Below, piece by piece: positions 29,614 through 39,625 of a stretch of DNA of 64,000 nucleotides. Position 1 is the first letter of the stretch, and every line of letters begins with the position of its first letter. The position numbers and the translations under genes are program-made. A model generated the notes under the pieces. The model was not told the origin of the DNA. It saw nothing but the letters and a program-made list of their open reading frames with translations, and ran no database searches. This stretch comes from Muribaculaceae bacterium (GTDB lineage: Bacteria > Bacteroidota > Bacteroidia > Bacteroidales > Muribaculaceae), in the NCBI GenBank assembly GCA_009775375.1, contig VSPO01000002.1, positions 3,593 through 67,592 of the forward strand, given 5' to 3'.

Positions 29614-30933
29614 TTAATGGATATGAAAGGCGGTGATGATTTCCGGTTGAAGAGGGGAGATTTCTCCGAGCCGCACGTCGGAGATGGTGTTGATAAGCTC
29701 AGGGATCAGAGGGGCCTCCACGCGGAGATAGTTGTCGGTCAGTCCGTGCATACGGTAGTCGCCTGAAGGCTGTTCCCACAATACGGGGCGCACCGATCCT
29801 TCTGCCTTCCTCATGAAAGCCTCCATCTTTTTGTCGGAAAGGCGTGTGAGCGCCGCCACCCTGCGATGCTTCTCCTCCTGGCTGACATTGTCGCCAAGGA
29901 GGAGAGCTTTCGTGCCTGGACGTTCGGAATACGGGAACACATGATAGCGTGTCACGTCGAGGCTCTCGGCAAATTCAAGGCTCTTGCACCATTCCTTCTC
30001 TGTCTCGCCCCTCGCCCCTGCGATAATATCGACTCCGATGAAGGCGTCAGGGATGAGCCGGCGGATGCTTTCTATGCGCGATTGGAAAAGCGAGGTGTCG
30101 TAGCGGCGGTTCATTAGCCTCAACACCTCGTCGGAGCCGGATTGCAGCGGGATGTGGAAATGGGGCATGAACGCCCGGGCTTCTGAGGCAGTCCAGCTGA
30201 TGATCTCTTCCGTCAGCAGGTTTGGCTCGATGGAGGAGATACGGAATCTCTCGATCCCCTCCACTTCGTCGAGGCTGCGGAGAAGGGAAAAGAGGTCTTG
30301 CCCGTTGTCGCGCCCGAACTCGCCGATGTTCACTCCGGTGATGACAATCTCCTTCCCTCCACGTTCTGCCACGTCGCGGGCCATTGCGACAAGGTCGGGA
30401 ATCATGCCGGAACGAGATCGGCCGCGAGCGAAAGGAATCGTGCAATACGTGCAGAAATAATCACATCCGTCCTGCACTTTCAGGAAGTAGCGTGTGCGGT
30501 CGCCCTTTTCACAAGAGGGGTGGAAAGCCTTGATGTCGCGGAAGGGGGTGACCTCCATGCGTTTTTTTCTGTCGGCAAGCCAAGCGTCGATATGGTCGGC
30601 CATTCGGAGTTTCTCCTCCGAGCCGATCACGATGTCCACTCCTGGCAGTCCGGCCACCTCCTGCGGCTTCAGCTGGGCGTAGCATCCGGTCACGGCGATT
30701 GTTGCCCCGGGATATCGGGCAGCCAGGCTTCTGATAAGCCTTCGCCCCTTTTTGTCGGCCATTTCCGTGACCGAGCAAGTGTTGACGACGCAAATGTCGG
30801 GAGTCTCCCCCTTTGCTGCGCGGGAGATTCCCCTTTCGGCGAGCATCTTTCCGATCGTGGAAGTCTCGGCGAAATTAAGTTTGCAGCCAAGGGTGAAATA
30901 GGCCGCTTTCAAATATTGAGAATTGTCTGTCAT
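29614..30933 (-). CDS. mtaB: tRNA t6A37 methylthiotransferase
   Basis: TLGCKLN, NTCSVT, radical SAM QDGCDYFCTYC. Start reassigned to MTDNSQ. Confidence 0.9.
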   Translation of the reverse strand: MTDNSQYLKAAYFTLGCKLNFAETSTIGKMLAERGISRAAKGETPDICVVNTCSVTEMADKKGRRLIRSLAARYPGATIAVTGCYAQLKPQEVAGLPGVDIVIGSEEKLRMADHIDAWLADRKKRMEVTPFRDIKAFHPSCEKGDRTRYFLKVQDGCDYFCTYCTIPFARGRSRSGMIPDLVAMARDVAERGGKEIVITGVNIGEFGRDNGQDLFSLLRSLDEVEGIERFRISSIEPNLLTEEIISWTASEARAFMPHFHIPLQSGSDEVLRLMNRRYDTSLFQSRIESIRRLIPDAFIGVDIIAGARGETEKEWCKSLEFAESLDVTRYHVFPYSERPGTKALLLGDNVSQEEKHRRVAALTRLSDKKMEAFMRKAEGSVRPVLWEQPSGDYRMHGLTDNYLRVEAPLIPELINTISDVRLGEISPLQPEIITAFHIH

Positions 30934-31190
30934 AAGCGCAAAGTTACTAAAAATGGGGCAAAAAGTCGATGATTGGGTCTTAAAATTGAAAAAACATGCG
31001 AAAAAGATTGACAAGAGGGGGTGGAATTTATTAACTTTGCACCCGTTGTCGGCGTTTATGAATATGGCGTGTGCCCGAAGACTGCCGACGGCGAGTGGAT
31101 TCGTGAGGCATGCCGCACGAAAAAGTCGCTTTGACTTTTTCGGATTCCTATCAAAAAAGCCAACGGCAACAAACAATTTATCCTGAGGAT

Positions 31191-32069
31191 ATGAAGCATA
31201 ACAAAGAGGTAAGGATCTCATATTGGGCAGCCCATCTGACGACCATAGTGAGCGTGACGCTCGTCTTGGTCATTATCGGCATTATTGCTCTGGTCACGAT
31301 TGCCACCGCATCCGAGACGCGCCGCCTTCGTGAGCGTCTGGAAGTCAGCGTGGTCATGGCCGACAGCGTCAGCGACGCCGGGGCGATGGATCTTGCCAAG
31401 AAAATCGAGAAGGCTCCCTATGCCCTTTCCGTGGGCGTGATAACCAAGGACGACGCATTGAAGAATTGGAAAACCGATACCGGCGAAGACCTTGAGGCTC
31501 TATTCGGCGTCAATCCTTTGTCGCCGGAGGTGGTCTTCTCAGTTAAGGCCGACTATGCTTCAGAGCGAAGCCTTAAGGAGATCGAGACATCGATAAAGAA
31601 AGAGAAGGGTGTGGCAGGAGTGGCTTTGCCGGATTCTGCGATGCTTGAAAGCATGAACCGCAATATCGAGAGCATCACGATAGTGCTTGGCATTATCGCC
31701 CTCGTGATGATAGTCATTTCATTTGTCTTGATCAACAACACCGTCCATCTTGCCATCTACGCCCGCCGCTTCACAATCCATACGATGCAGCTCGTAGGCG
31801 CCACGAATGGCTTCATTCGCAGCCCGTTCATAATGAGTAATATGACGTCGGGATTGATTTCCGGACTGGCTGCCGTGTGCATACTCGCCCTGGCATTGCT
31901 GTTGATTCCGGAGGGGAATTTCACGTATGCCGTGGATCTGCTCGGATGGCCGAGCTTGCTTATTGTGGCAGGAGGGATTCTGCTCATCGGAATGCTCCTA
32001 TGTGGCCTTGCCGCCTGGATTGCCACTACCCGCTATCTGAGGCAAGACTACGACGAGCTCTTTAAATAA
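31191..32069 (+). CDS. ftsX: Cell division permease FtsX
   Basis: TM plus periplasmic loop with NPL; LINNTVHLAIYARRFTIHTMQLVGAT. Start at MKHNK. Confidence 0.88.
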   Translation: MKHNKEVRISYWAAHLTTIVSVTLVLVIIGIIALVTIATASETRRLRERLEVSVVMADSVSDAGAMDLAKKIEKAPYALSVGVITKDDALKNWKTDTGEDLEALFGVNPLSPEVVFSVKADYASERSLKEIETSIKKEKGVAGVALPDSAMLESMNRNIESITIVLGIIALVMIVISFVLINNTVHLAIYARRFTIHTMQLVGATNGFIRSPFIMSNMTSGLISGLAAVCILALALLLIPEGNFTYAVDLLGWPSLLIVAGGILLIGMLLCGLAAWIATTRYLRQDYDELFK

Positions 32070-32140
32070 GGCATAAACACGACAATCATATTTAAGATTC
32101 CAAAACAACAACAACAGAATATCGAAGAAAACAAAACGAC

Positions 32141-32422
32141 ATGGCGTTGAATTTAAAAATAGAGGAACGTGATCCGCAGGGTCTCGATAAAACCAAGGAG
32201 AAGGATCGTCCGTTCTCCAAAATGAACTACTACATGATGGCTGGATGTCTTCTGCTGATAGTCGTCGGCTTTATGCTCATGAGCGGCGGTGGAAGCACCA
32301 CGGAAAACGGCTTCAACCCGGAGATATTCTCCGCACGCAGAATCGTGGTCGGCCCGGCGCTCTCATTTATAGGTTTCCTGCTGATGGCGTTTGCCATTGT
32401 TTGGCCTCCGAAGAAAAAATAA
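32141..32422 (+). CDS. DUF3098-like small membrane protein
   Basis: NY...GFMLMSGG...FNPEIFS.RRI..P; usual position between ftsX and uppP. Confidence 0.8.
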   Translation: MALNLKIEERDPQGLDKTKEKDRPFSKMNYYMMAGCLLLIVVGFMLMSGGGSTTENGFNPEIFSARRIVVGPALSFIGFLLMAFAIVWPPKKK

Positions 32423-32488
32423 TATCGCGGCCGCCGGCGAAAGAAGATGGCGGCCGGCTCATTTATCATAAATCAAATTACTCTATCA

Positions 32489-33322
32489 ATGGAATGGCTT
32501 GATGCTTTAATCCTTGGCATCGTGCAGGGGCTTGCCGAATACCTGCCGATCAGTTCGAGCGGACATCTTGAAATTTTCCGCGAGATTCTCGGAATCGATC
32601 TCCCCTCCGACAAAGTGCTTCAATTCGACCTTATCCTTCATGCCGCTACGGTATGCTCCACAATCGTTATCCTTTGGCCAATGTCCAAGAAGCTGTGCAT
32701 AAGCTTCTTTGGCTTCAAGCGCGACTACGATTTTTATTACGTCTGCAAGATTCTGCTTTCGTGCATTCCTGTGGCGATAGTCGGACTTTTCTTCAAGGAA
32801 ACGGTGGAGGGATTCTTCGGGAGCGGACTGACCGTGGTCGGTATCTGTCTGCTCGTGACGGCGATGTTGCTGACGTTTGCCCATTGGACGGGCACCCGCG
32901 AGAACGGCCGGGGCATGGTCAGCGCCTCCAAAGGACACGACATTACATGGCTTGACGCCTTCATCATAGGTTGTGCCCAAGCCGTTGCTGTGCTACCGGG
33001 TCTGAGCCGTTCCGGATCAACAATAGCCACAGGTATTTTGCTCGGCGACAAGCGCGACAAGGTGGCGGCATTTTCCTTTCTTATGGTGATTATCCCTATT
33101 CTTGGGGAGGCCCTTCTCGATGTCAAGGAGATTGTCTCCACTCCGGCAGCACAAGGCGACAACGCTGTGGGGGCAATGGCAATGGCAATCGGTTTCGCTG
33201 CATCTTTCATAGTCGGTTGTTGCGCTTGCAAATGGATGATTAATCTCGTGAAAAAGGGCAAGTTGATATGGTTTGCCGCATATTGTGTCCTGATGGGAAT
33301 AATCTGTCTGCTTTGGCGTTGA
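32489..33322 (+). CDS. uppP: Undecaprenyl-diphosphate phosphatase
   Basis: QGLAEYLPISSSGH and PGLSRSGST. Confidence 0.93.
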   Translation: MEWLDALILGIVQGLAEYLPISSSGHLEIFREILGIDLPSDKVLQFDLILHAATVCSTIVILWPMSKKLCISFFGFKRDYDFYYVCKILLSCIPVAIVGLFFKETVEGFFGSGLTVVGICLLVTAMLLTFAHWTGTRENGRGMVSASKGHDITWLDAFIIGCAQAVAVLPGLSRSGSTIATGILLGDKRDKVAAFSFLMVIIPILGEALLDVKEIVSTPAAQGDNAVGAMAMAIGFAASFIVGCCACKWMINLVKKGKLIWFAAYCVLMGIICLLWR

Positions 33323-33358
33323 TGCCTGAAGACGGCGTAAACACTAAAAAACAATCGC

Positions 33359-34084
33359 ATGGATTTTATTAGCGGAGAAATAATAGGGATAGACAAACCA
33401 TTGGGCTGGACTTCGTTCGATGCCGTGAAACGGCTTCGTGGGGCGATTCAGCGCAGACTCCACGTCAAGAAGTTCAAGGTGGGGCATGCCGGAACTCTCG
33501 ACCCCCTCGCTACGGGCGTGCTTATCATTTGCACGGGAAGGTCTACACGCAAGATTGACGACATACAGAACGGCGACAAGGAATACGTGGCCGTCATACG
33601 GTTTGGGGCGACGACCCCGAGCTTCGACCTTGAGACTGAAATTGACCGGGAATATCCTTGGGAGCACATCTCAAAGGAAACAGTGGAAAATGCTTTGCCA
33701 AATTTTATGGGCAAGATAATGCAGGTTCCCCCGGTCTTTTCCGCCGTGAAGGTCGACGGCAAGCGGGCATACAACCTTGCCAGAAAAGGGAAGGCCGTCA
33801 ATCTTAAAGCCAAGCAGCTTGAGATAAAGGAAATGGAATTGCTGGCGTGCGACTTCCCGGAAATCACGGTCAGGATCGTGTGCAGCAAGGGAACGTATAT
33901 CCGGGCGATAGCCCGCGATCTCGGAGAGGCTCTCGGAAGCGGCGCACACTTGACTGGACTTCGCCGAACCCGCGTTGGCGGAATAAAGATTGACGACTGC
34001 ATGACCGTGGAAGAGGCCATCGAAAAAATATCCACAGACGAATTGACTTTCCCGGAAGACTACCGGATGCCGGAGCGCGATTGA
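33359..34084 (+). CDS. truB: tRNA pseudouridine 55 synthase
   Basis: GHAGTLDPLATGVL, CSKGTYIR. Confidence 0.95.
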   Translation: MDFISGEIIGIDKPLGWTSFDAVKRLRGAIQRRLHVKKFKVGHAGTLDPLATGVLIICTGRSTRKIDDIQNGDKEYVAVIRFGATTPSFDLETEIDREYPWEHISKETVENALPNFMGKIMQVPPVFSAVKVDGKRAYNLARKGKAVNLKAKQLEIKEMELLACDFPEITVRIVCSKGTYIRAIARDLGEALGSGAHLTGLRRTRVGGIKIDDCMTVEEAIEKISTDELTFPEDYRMPERD

Positions 34085-34158
34085 GACGAGGGCGGAAAAG
34101 ATTCGTCTGCAATTCAAAACATATTAAAAATTAGAACCAAAAATCATAGACATCAGAA

Positions 34159-35211
34159 ATGAAACTCTCACAGTTTAAGTTTAAGCTTCCTGATAATCTG
34201 ATTGCTCAGACCCCATCTGAAAATCGCGACGAATGCCGCCTGATGGTGGTCAATGCCAAGACGGGGGAGATCAGCCACCGCATATTCAAGGAAATCATCG
34301 ATTATTTTGACGATGGCGACGTCATGATTTTCAACGATACCCGCGTCTTCCCGGCTCGTCTTTACGGCAATAAGGAGAAGACGGGAGCAAGGATTGAGGT
34401 ATTTCTTCTCCGCGAGCTGAATGAAGAAAATAAATTCTGGGATGTGCTCGTGGAGCCGGCCCGCAAGATAAGGATAGGCAACAAGCTCTATTTCGGTGAA
34501 GACGATTCGATGGTGGCGGAGGTAATTGACAACACCACTTCACGTGGTCGTACGCTGCGATTCCTTTACGACGGCCCTCACGATGAATTTAAGGAGACGC
34601 TTTATTCAATGGGAGAGACCCCGCTCCCGGAGTATATAACGCGTAAAGTGGAGCCTTGGGACGAGGAGCGTTATCAATGTATATTCGCCAAGAACGAAGG
34701 GGCCGTGATGGCTCCGGCGGCCGGGCTTCATTTCAGTCGCGAATTGCTTAAGCGGCTTGAGATAAAGGGAGTGGAACGCGGTTTCCTCACTCTTCACAGC
34801 GGACGAGGCAATTTCAAGGACATCGACGTGGAAGACCTCACGAAGCATCGGATGGACAGCGAGGAGATGTTTGTCAATGAGGAGCTCGTGGAGATGGTCA
34901 ACAAGGCTAAGGACAACAACCGCAACGTTTGCGCGATAGGCACGTCTGTGCTCCGGGCCGTGGCGAGCGCTGTCTGCATGAATGGCCATTTGATGACGTA
35001 TGAAGGCTGGACCAACAAGTTCATCTTCCCTCCATATGATTTCACGGTATGTAATGCGCTTGTCTCCAACTTCCACTTGCCATTGAGCACTATGCTTATG
35101 ATGGTGGCGGCGTTTGGCGGCTACGACACGGTCATGAAGGCCTACGAAGTGGCCGTAAAGGAGAAATACCAATTCGGGGCGTATGGAGATGCGATGCTGA
35201 TATTGCGATGA
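34159..35211 (+). CDS. queA: SAM:tRNA ribosyltransferase-isomerase
   Basis: [31 protein letters not shown]. Confidence 0.93.
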   Translation: MKLSQFKFKLPDNLIAQTPSENRDECRLMVVNAKTGEISHRIFKEIIDYFDDGDVMIFNDTRVFPARLYGNKEKTGARIEVFLLRELNEENKFWDVLVEPARKIRIGNKLYFGEDDSMVAEVIDNTTSRGRTLRFLYDGPHDEFKETLYSMGETPLPEYITRKVEPWDEERYQCIFAKNEGAVMAPAAGLHFSRELLKRLEIKGVERGFLTLHSGRGNFKDIDVEDLTKHRMDSEEMFVNEELVEMVNKAKDNNRNVCAIGTSVLRAVASAVCMNGHLMTYEGWTNKFIFPPYDFTVCNALVSNFHLPLSTMLMMVAAFGGYDTVMKAYEVAVKEKYQFGAYGDAMLILR

Positions 35212-35380
35212 TTCCTAAGAAACTGAAAAAAGCTGAGAAGGCTTCTAAACGCCTCTACAATTGCTTTAGGAAAGCGCTCTAAAATTGCCATTTTGGCAAG
35301 CTAAAGATTAAAAAACAGTTAAATCACTGTGAAATATAGTTAAGGCTCTTGAAAAAGAGCCTTAATTGTATTAACTTTGC

Positions 35381-35453
35381 AGTGTGTTTTTCATGGTATT
35401 AGTTTTAAGGTAAGAGGATTAGTTGTCGAGAGACAATTAATCTTTATTTTTTT
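35381..35453 (+). ncRNA. Candidate sRNA of about 70 nt, paralog A
   Basis: TAACTTTG at 35372-79, then gtgtttttcatggtatt...ttaaggt, a terminator stem (gattagttgtc-gaga-gacaattaatc) and a U-run. Similar to 52208-52284. Confidence 0.65.
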
Positions 35454-35501
35454 ATACCCTTTTGTCCGAAATTAGGGTGTTCAGATCATTCCTACTTATC
35501 G

Positions 35502-36227
35502 TCAGTGGAAAAGGTCGTGGATGACGGAGAGGGAGCGGAGATTGGAGGTGCCGGGGTAGTGTATGCCGTAGTAGCGGAGCATTCCTTCGAGTATACGGTG
35601 GCGCAGATTGCCGTTAAGGCGCAGCGCCGGAGCATTTGAGAAGTTGAGTTTGCACAACGTGGCGGCGACACGGGCTTCATCGCCGCTTAGATAGTCTCTA
35701 TGGGGTGGGATCCGGTCGGTGAACACCCCCGCCTGCATGTTGAGCACCATTCCGGGAGCATAGAGCGTCGAGTCCGGCTGAATACCCACGAAGGGAAGCA
35801 GCGAGGCAAGAAACGTGATATGGAAATCCGATACCCCTGTCTCCATGTTGTCGAGAAGCGTTAGGGAATCCACTATATAGTGCCAAAGACCCTCATCCGG
35901 CATCGAGGCACGTAGCAGACGGTTGAGAAATTCCGACAAGAAGAGGGCGATTAGCTGCTTGACGGGATGGAAATATATGTCGGTCCAAACACGGGCGAGT
36001 GAGAATGTCCCGAGTCTCTGCAGCTCTGTTGTGGCCCGGAAATGAATATCGCTCTCAATGACCGACAAGGGGAGCAGACGCGACCTTCTCAGAGCGGCTG
36101 CCTTACCGCTCCCTGCAGGGGAGAGAAAGGATATCCTTCCCCGAAGCCGCGAGAAGACGCTCACGATGTCGTGGCGGTCGGAATGCTTCGTAACGTCGAG
36201 CACTATTGCTGTCATTTTCTCTGTCAT
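35502..36227 (-). CDS. recO: DNA repair protein RecO
   Basis: N-terminal OB-like region (VL...KHSD...SR..GRISF) and a Bacteroidetes RecO-like C-terminus (YYGIH...SLSVI). Confidence 0.8.
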   Translation of the reverse strand: MTEKMTAIVLDVTKHSDRHDIVSVFSRLRGRISFLSPAGSGKAAALRRSRLLPLSVIESDIHFRATTELQRLGTFSLARVWTDIYFHPVKQLIALFLSEFLNRLLRASMPDEGLWHYIVDSLTLLDNMETGVSDFHITFLASLLPFVGIQPDSTLYAPGMVLNMQAGVFTDRIPPHRDYLSGDEARVAATLCKLNFSNAPALRLNGNLRHRILEGMLRYYGIHYPGTSNLRSLSVIHDLFH

Positions 36228-36371
36228 GACCGCGAATTTATAAAAAAATGCGCTCCCGTCCAAACCAAAACTGCGGTATGGCGTTCTAAAGATAAAGGTC
36301 GCGGCGAAATCCCCGACACGTTTTCCGCTCAAGGCCGATGAAGACACGAAACTTTAATTAATAGTTATACT

Positions 36372-36959
36372 ATGGCTGACACAAAAAGCTTGAAAGGCAC
36401 GAAGACCGAGGTCTGTCTTGCCAATGCGTATGTAGCAGAATCATGCGCCTATTCCCGCTACACATTTTTCGCGCAGTCTGCGCAGAAGGAGCAATATTTC
36501 CAATACGCCAACATTTTCACCGAGACGGCCGCCAATGAGCTCCGCCACGCCAAGATATTCCTGCAATATCTGAAGGAGGGGGGCGTGACAACTGCTCCCA
36601 TCGGTGTTGACCCGGGCATCCTGTCGCCGACGGTCGACAACCTGAAAGTGGCTGCCGAAGAGGAAAGAAAAGAGGGAGTGGAGCAATATACGGAGTCTGC
36701 TAAGATAGCTGAATCCGAGGGCTTTACGGAAATCGCCGACAAATTCCGCGCTATCGCTACGATTGAAAACCGCCACATGGCCCGTTTCAACGAGATGCGC
36801 GAGCGTATCGAGAACGGCACTGTCTGGAAGCGCGAGAAGCCCATCAAATGGCAATGCCTCGTATGCGGCTACATCTATGAAGGCACAGAGCCGCCACAGA
36901 AATGCCCTGCCTGCAACCATCCTTACCAGCATTTCATGCCGGAGGAGGAGAATTATTGA
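36372..36959 (+). CDS. rbr: Rubrerythrin
   Basis: Diiron motifs ELRHA and ENRH; C-terminal CLVCGY...CPACNHP. Confidence 0.9.
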   Translation: MADTKSLKGTKTEVCLANAYVAESCAYSRYTFFAQSAQKEQYFQYANIFTETAANELRHAKIFLQYLKEGGVTTAPIGVDPGILSPTVDNLKVAAEEERKEGVEQYTESAKIAESEGFTEIADKFRAIATIENRHMARFNEMRERIENGTVWKREKPIKWQCLVCGYIYEGTEPPQKCPACNHPYQHFMPEEENY

Positions 36960-37003
36960 AAAAGAGAGCATCTACAAGGTAAAAGATGACAAAAATCAAG
37001 ATT

Positions 37004-37037
37004 CGATGTCGGCCGATAGTTTGGCCGGCATCGTTTC
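37004..37037 (+). terminator. Probable terminator after rubrerythrin
   Basis: cgatgtcggccga / ttggccggcatcg hairpin followed by ttt. Confidence 0.55.
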
Positions 37038-37218
37038 GTTATGGCTGCTTAGTCGCTGATTCAGGCAATCATGGGATAGAAAAAATCTGCGCTCTAATAC
37101 TTGGTTATATCGTTTTTTTGTCTTAACTTTGCCGCCGAAATGTTATAGATTGTTAAAACAACAATCGAAGTTCTACAACTTCATCATTCGATCCACTATT
37201 GCCATGCAGGCGCATGTA

Positions 37219-37818
37219 ATGAAAAAGATTTTGATAGCTGTTTTCTGCTTATCAACGGCAGCTTTGCTTTGCGGGACGATGTCGTCGTGCCGGAAAGCGG
37301 AGAAAGCCGCCACGCCCCTCTCCATCCCCCAGAAAGACGCGGAATTCTTCCATGCTGACAACGATATAGCCATGACTGTCAGAAGTCTGGCAGATGCCCT
37401 TCAGGTGGGCGAGCCGCTCGACAGCGCGGAATATGATTTTGAGGGAATACTGACCGACGGACAAGGTTCGCCGTTGTACACCGACGTTCAGGGGGCTCCC
37501 GGACTATGGGAAATCGATGTGCTCGACAAATCCAACGTCATGATACGCAACGTCTATCTCGGCGACCTTCTTCCCCTCGACTTGCAGAACTATATCCTGC
37601 AAAGTCTCAGGATAGGGGAGGGGGAGCGGCTCGATTTCACTGCTCACGATGCCGTCAGCGACGACGAGACGGAAATAGTGGTCTACGACTGCAAGGGGGT
37701 ATACCTACGTTTCGAGGTCAGGGCCGGAATCGCACCCAATGGGCTTGAAGGGCCGCTGCTGAGCATAATCATGAGCTCAGACCCTCCGGCCGGGGTCGAA
37801 ACACGAAAAGACGTGTAG
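37219..37818 (+). CDS. Hypothetical lipoprotein
   Basis: MKK signal peptide ending MSSC; acidic mature region. Confidence 0.7.
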   Translation: MKKILIAVFCLSTAALLCGTMSSCRKAEKAATPLSIPQKDAEFFHADNDIAMTVRSLADALQVGEPLDSAEYDFEGILTDGQGSPLYTDVQGAPGLWEIDVLDKSNVMIRNVYLGDLLPLDLQNYILQSLRIGEGERLDFTAHDAVSDDETEIVVYDCKGVYLRFEVRAGIAPNGLEGPLLSIIMSSDPPAGVETRKDV

Positions 37819-38791
37819 GCTCAAATCTGGGAAGGGCCATAAGCTGCACGTCGGCCTTGCGGTCGTCGATCGACTGCATGGCGTTGCCCACTTTCTTTCC
37901 GGCCTCCTCCAAAGCCCCCCTGACTGCGGCAAGGGCCTTCTGCGGAGTGTTGTTGTCTTGCGAAAGATGACAGAGGAAAATATATTTCAGGTCGGGGTTG
38001 ATTATTTCCTTAAGGAAAGCGGCTGTATGGGTGTTGTCCATATGGCCGATTTCAGTCTGTATTCTTGCTTTCAGGTATTCGGGGTATCTTCCGAGCCGCA
38101 GCATCTGAAGGTCGTAGTTGGCCTCGATGACCAGATAATTGGCTCTGCTCATATAGAAGCGTGCACGCTCGGTGACCTCTCCAAGGTCGGTCGCAAGCAC
38201 GAAGCGCATCCCCGCAAACTCAATGGAGAATCCCATGTTGTCGGTCCCGTCGTGAGGCACTTCAAAGGCCGTTATTTCCAGATCGGCGATTTTGAACGGA
38301 ATCTCCTTGAATATCGGCTGATGATAGTCTTTGAGGCGCTTCGAGATGCTATGGCGTTTCAATATCCCGTTGACTACGCGGTTTGTGCAGTAGAGACGCA
38401 GGTGCTTGTTATTGCGAAGAAGCGTGTAGACGTATCTGACATGATCGGAATGGTCGTGGGTCAAAAGGACGGCCACCACTTTTTTCATATCGATTCCATT
38501 GGCACTGAGTGTGGATTCAATGACGTCGGCTTTCAGGCCGGCATCTATTATTATGCCACCCTTGGGAGTGCCGATATAGCATGAGTTGCCACTCGATCCG
38601 GAGCCGAGTGAGATATATTGCAGACGGAAGGCTGATGGATCGGTGGTTGCATTTTTAGACTGAGGAACCTCAGCGGAAGCGTAGACGTTACGCCTGACGG
38701 GCATATCGGGCTTAGCATAGACCCATTCCTCAAAAGGAAGGAGCGTTTGCCCCTCGAAAGATATTTTTTTACGCGGCATGGCTTGCGTCAA
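37769..38791 (-). CDS. MBL-fold metallo-hydrolase (YycJ/WalJ-like)
   Basis: SGSSGN, THDHSDH, TDLG, EANYD, HLSQDNN. Confidence 0.85.
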   Translation of the reverse strand: MTQAMPRKKISFEGQTLLPFEEWVYAKPDMPVRRNVYASAEVPQSKNATTDPSAFRLQYISLGSGSSGNSCYIGTPKGGIIIDAGLKADVIESTLSANGIDMKKVVAVLLTHDHSDHVRYVYTLLRNNKHLRLYCTNRVVNGILKRHSISKRLKDYHQPIFKEIPFKIADLEITAFEVPHDGTDNMGFSIEFAGMRFVLATDLGEVTERARFYMSRANYLVIEANYDLQMLRLGRYPEYLKARIQTEIGHMDNTHTAAFLKEIINPDLKYIFLCHLSQDNNTPQKALAAVRGALEEAGKKVGNAMQSIDDRKADVQLMALPRFEPTRLFVFRPRPEGLSS

Positions 38792-39504
38792 TGGGAGTAG
38801 ATTAGAAATATGGCCGGGCGTTTGTCGAAATCATACGAAGCTTTCCTCCATCTTGACGCCGGCATGGTCTTGATGGTCTCTTTCTCCGGGTCTGTAATGT
38901 CGCAGGCCACGCAGACAAGTGTGTCGCCTCTCAAAGTGGAGATGAGGCTTTCTATCATTTTATTGTTGCGATAGGGTGTCTCAATGAAAATCTGGGTCAT
39001 GTCGGCCTTTTTCGACGTGGCCTCAAGCTCCTTTAGCTTGCGCTCCCGCTCCTTGGAGTCAATTGGAAGATAGCCGTTGAAGGAGAATCCCTGTCCGTTG
39101 AACCCCGATGCCATCAAGGCCATCAATATACTTGAAGGCCCGACAAGGGGCACCACTTTCAGTCCCTCTCTTTGGGCGATGCTGACAGCCAATGCCCCCG
39201 GATCTGCCACGGCGGGACATCCTGCCTCGCTCATCACTCCAACAGGCTCCCCTTTGCGCAATGCGTCGAGAAAGGAGGAGACTTCAGCCGGATCGGTGTG
39301 GCGGTTAAGTTCGTAGAATGTGGTCGACGCTATGTCGAATGCCGGGTCAATGCGTTTTAGGAAGCGTCTTGCCGTCCTGACATTCTCCACGATAAAATGG
39401 CGGATGCCTTTCAGCAATACGGAGTTTCCGTCCGGCAGGACGTCGTGCAGAGGGGCGTCGCTGATGTTGACAGGGATTAAATATAAAGCAGCTTCGATTT
39501 TCAT
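38788..39504 (-). CDS. Tetrapyrrole-methylase-family SAM methyltransferase (RsmI-like)
   Basis: SEAGCPAVADPG, GPSSI, FIETPYRN. Confidence 0.85.
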   Translation of the reverse strand: MKIEAALYLIPVNISDAPLHDVLPDGNSVLLKGIRHFIVENVRTARRFLKRIDPAFDIASTTFYELNRHTDPAEVSSFLDALRKGEPVGVMSEAGCPAVADPGALAVSIAQREGLKVVPLVGPSSILMALMASGFNGQGFSFNGYLPIDSKERERKLKELEATSKKADMTQIFIETPYRNNKMIESLISTLRGDTLVCVACDITDPEKETIKTMPASRWRKASYDFDKRPAIFLIYSH

Positions 39505-39625
39505 ATACACAAAATTAATAAAAAATTACTACATTTGCATGTTTTTTCAGTGAAGTTGTTTAAACTTTTTCCTTTTTAACGGATATTATATACGTTCACA
39601 TCCTAAAAATATCTTTAGTCAGGTT

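Noticed and set aside
29614..31221. Long N-terminal extensions in the ORF track (mtaB, recO, trpA, acyl-CoA ligase, 18034 lipoprotein)
   Set aside because: They run through promoters or neighbouring genes; downstream ATGs fit family starts better.
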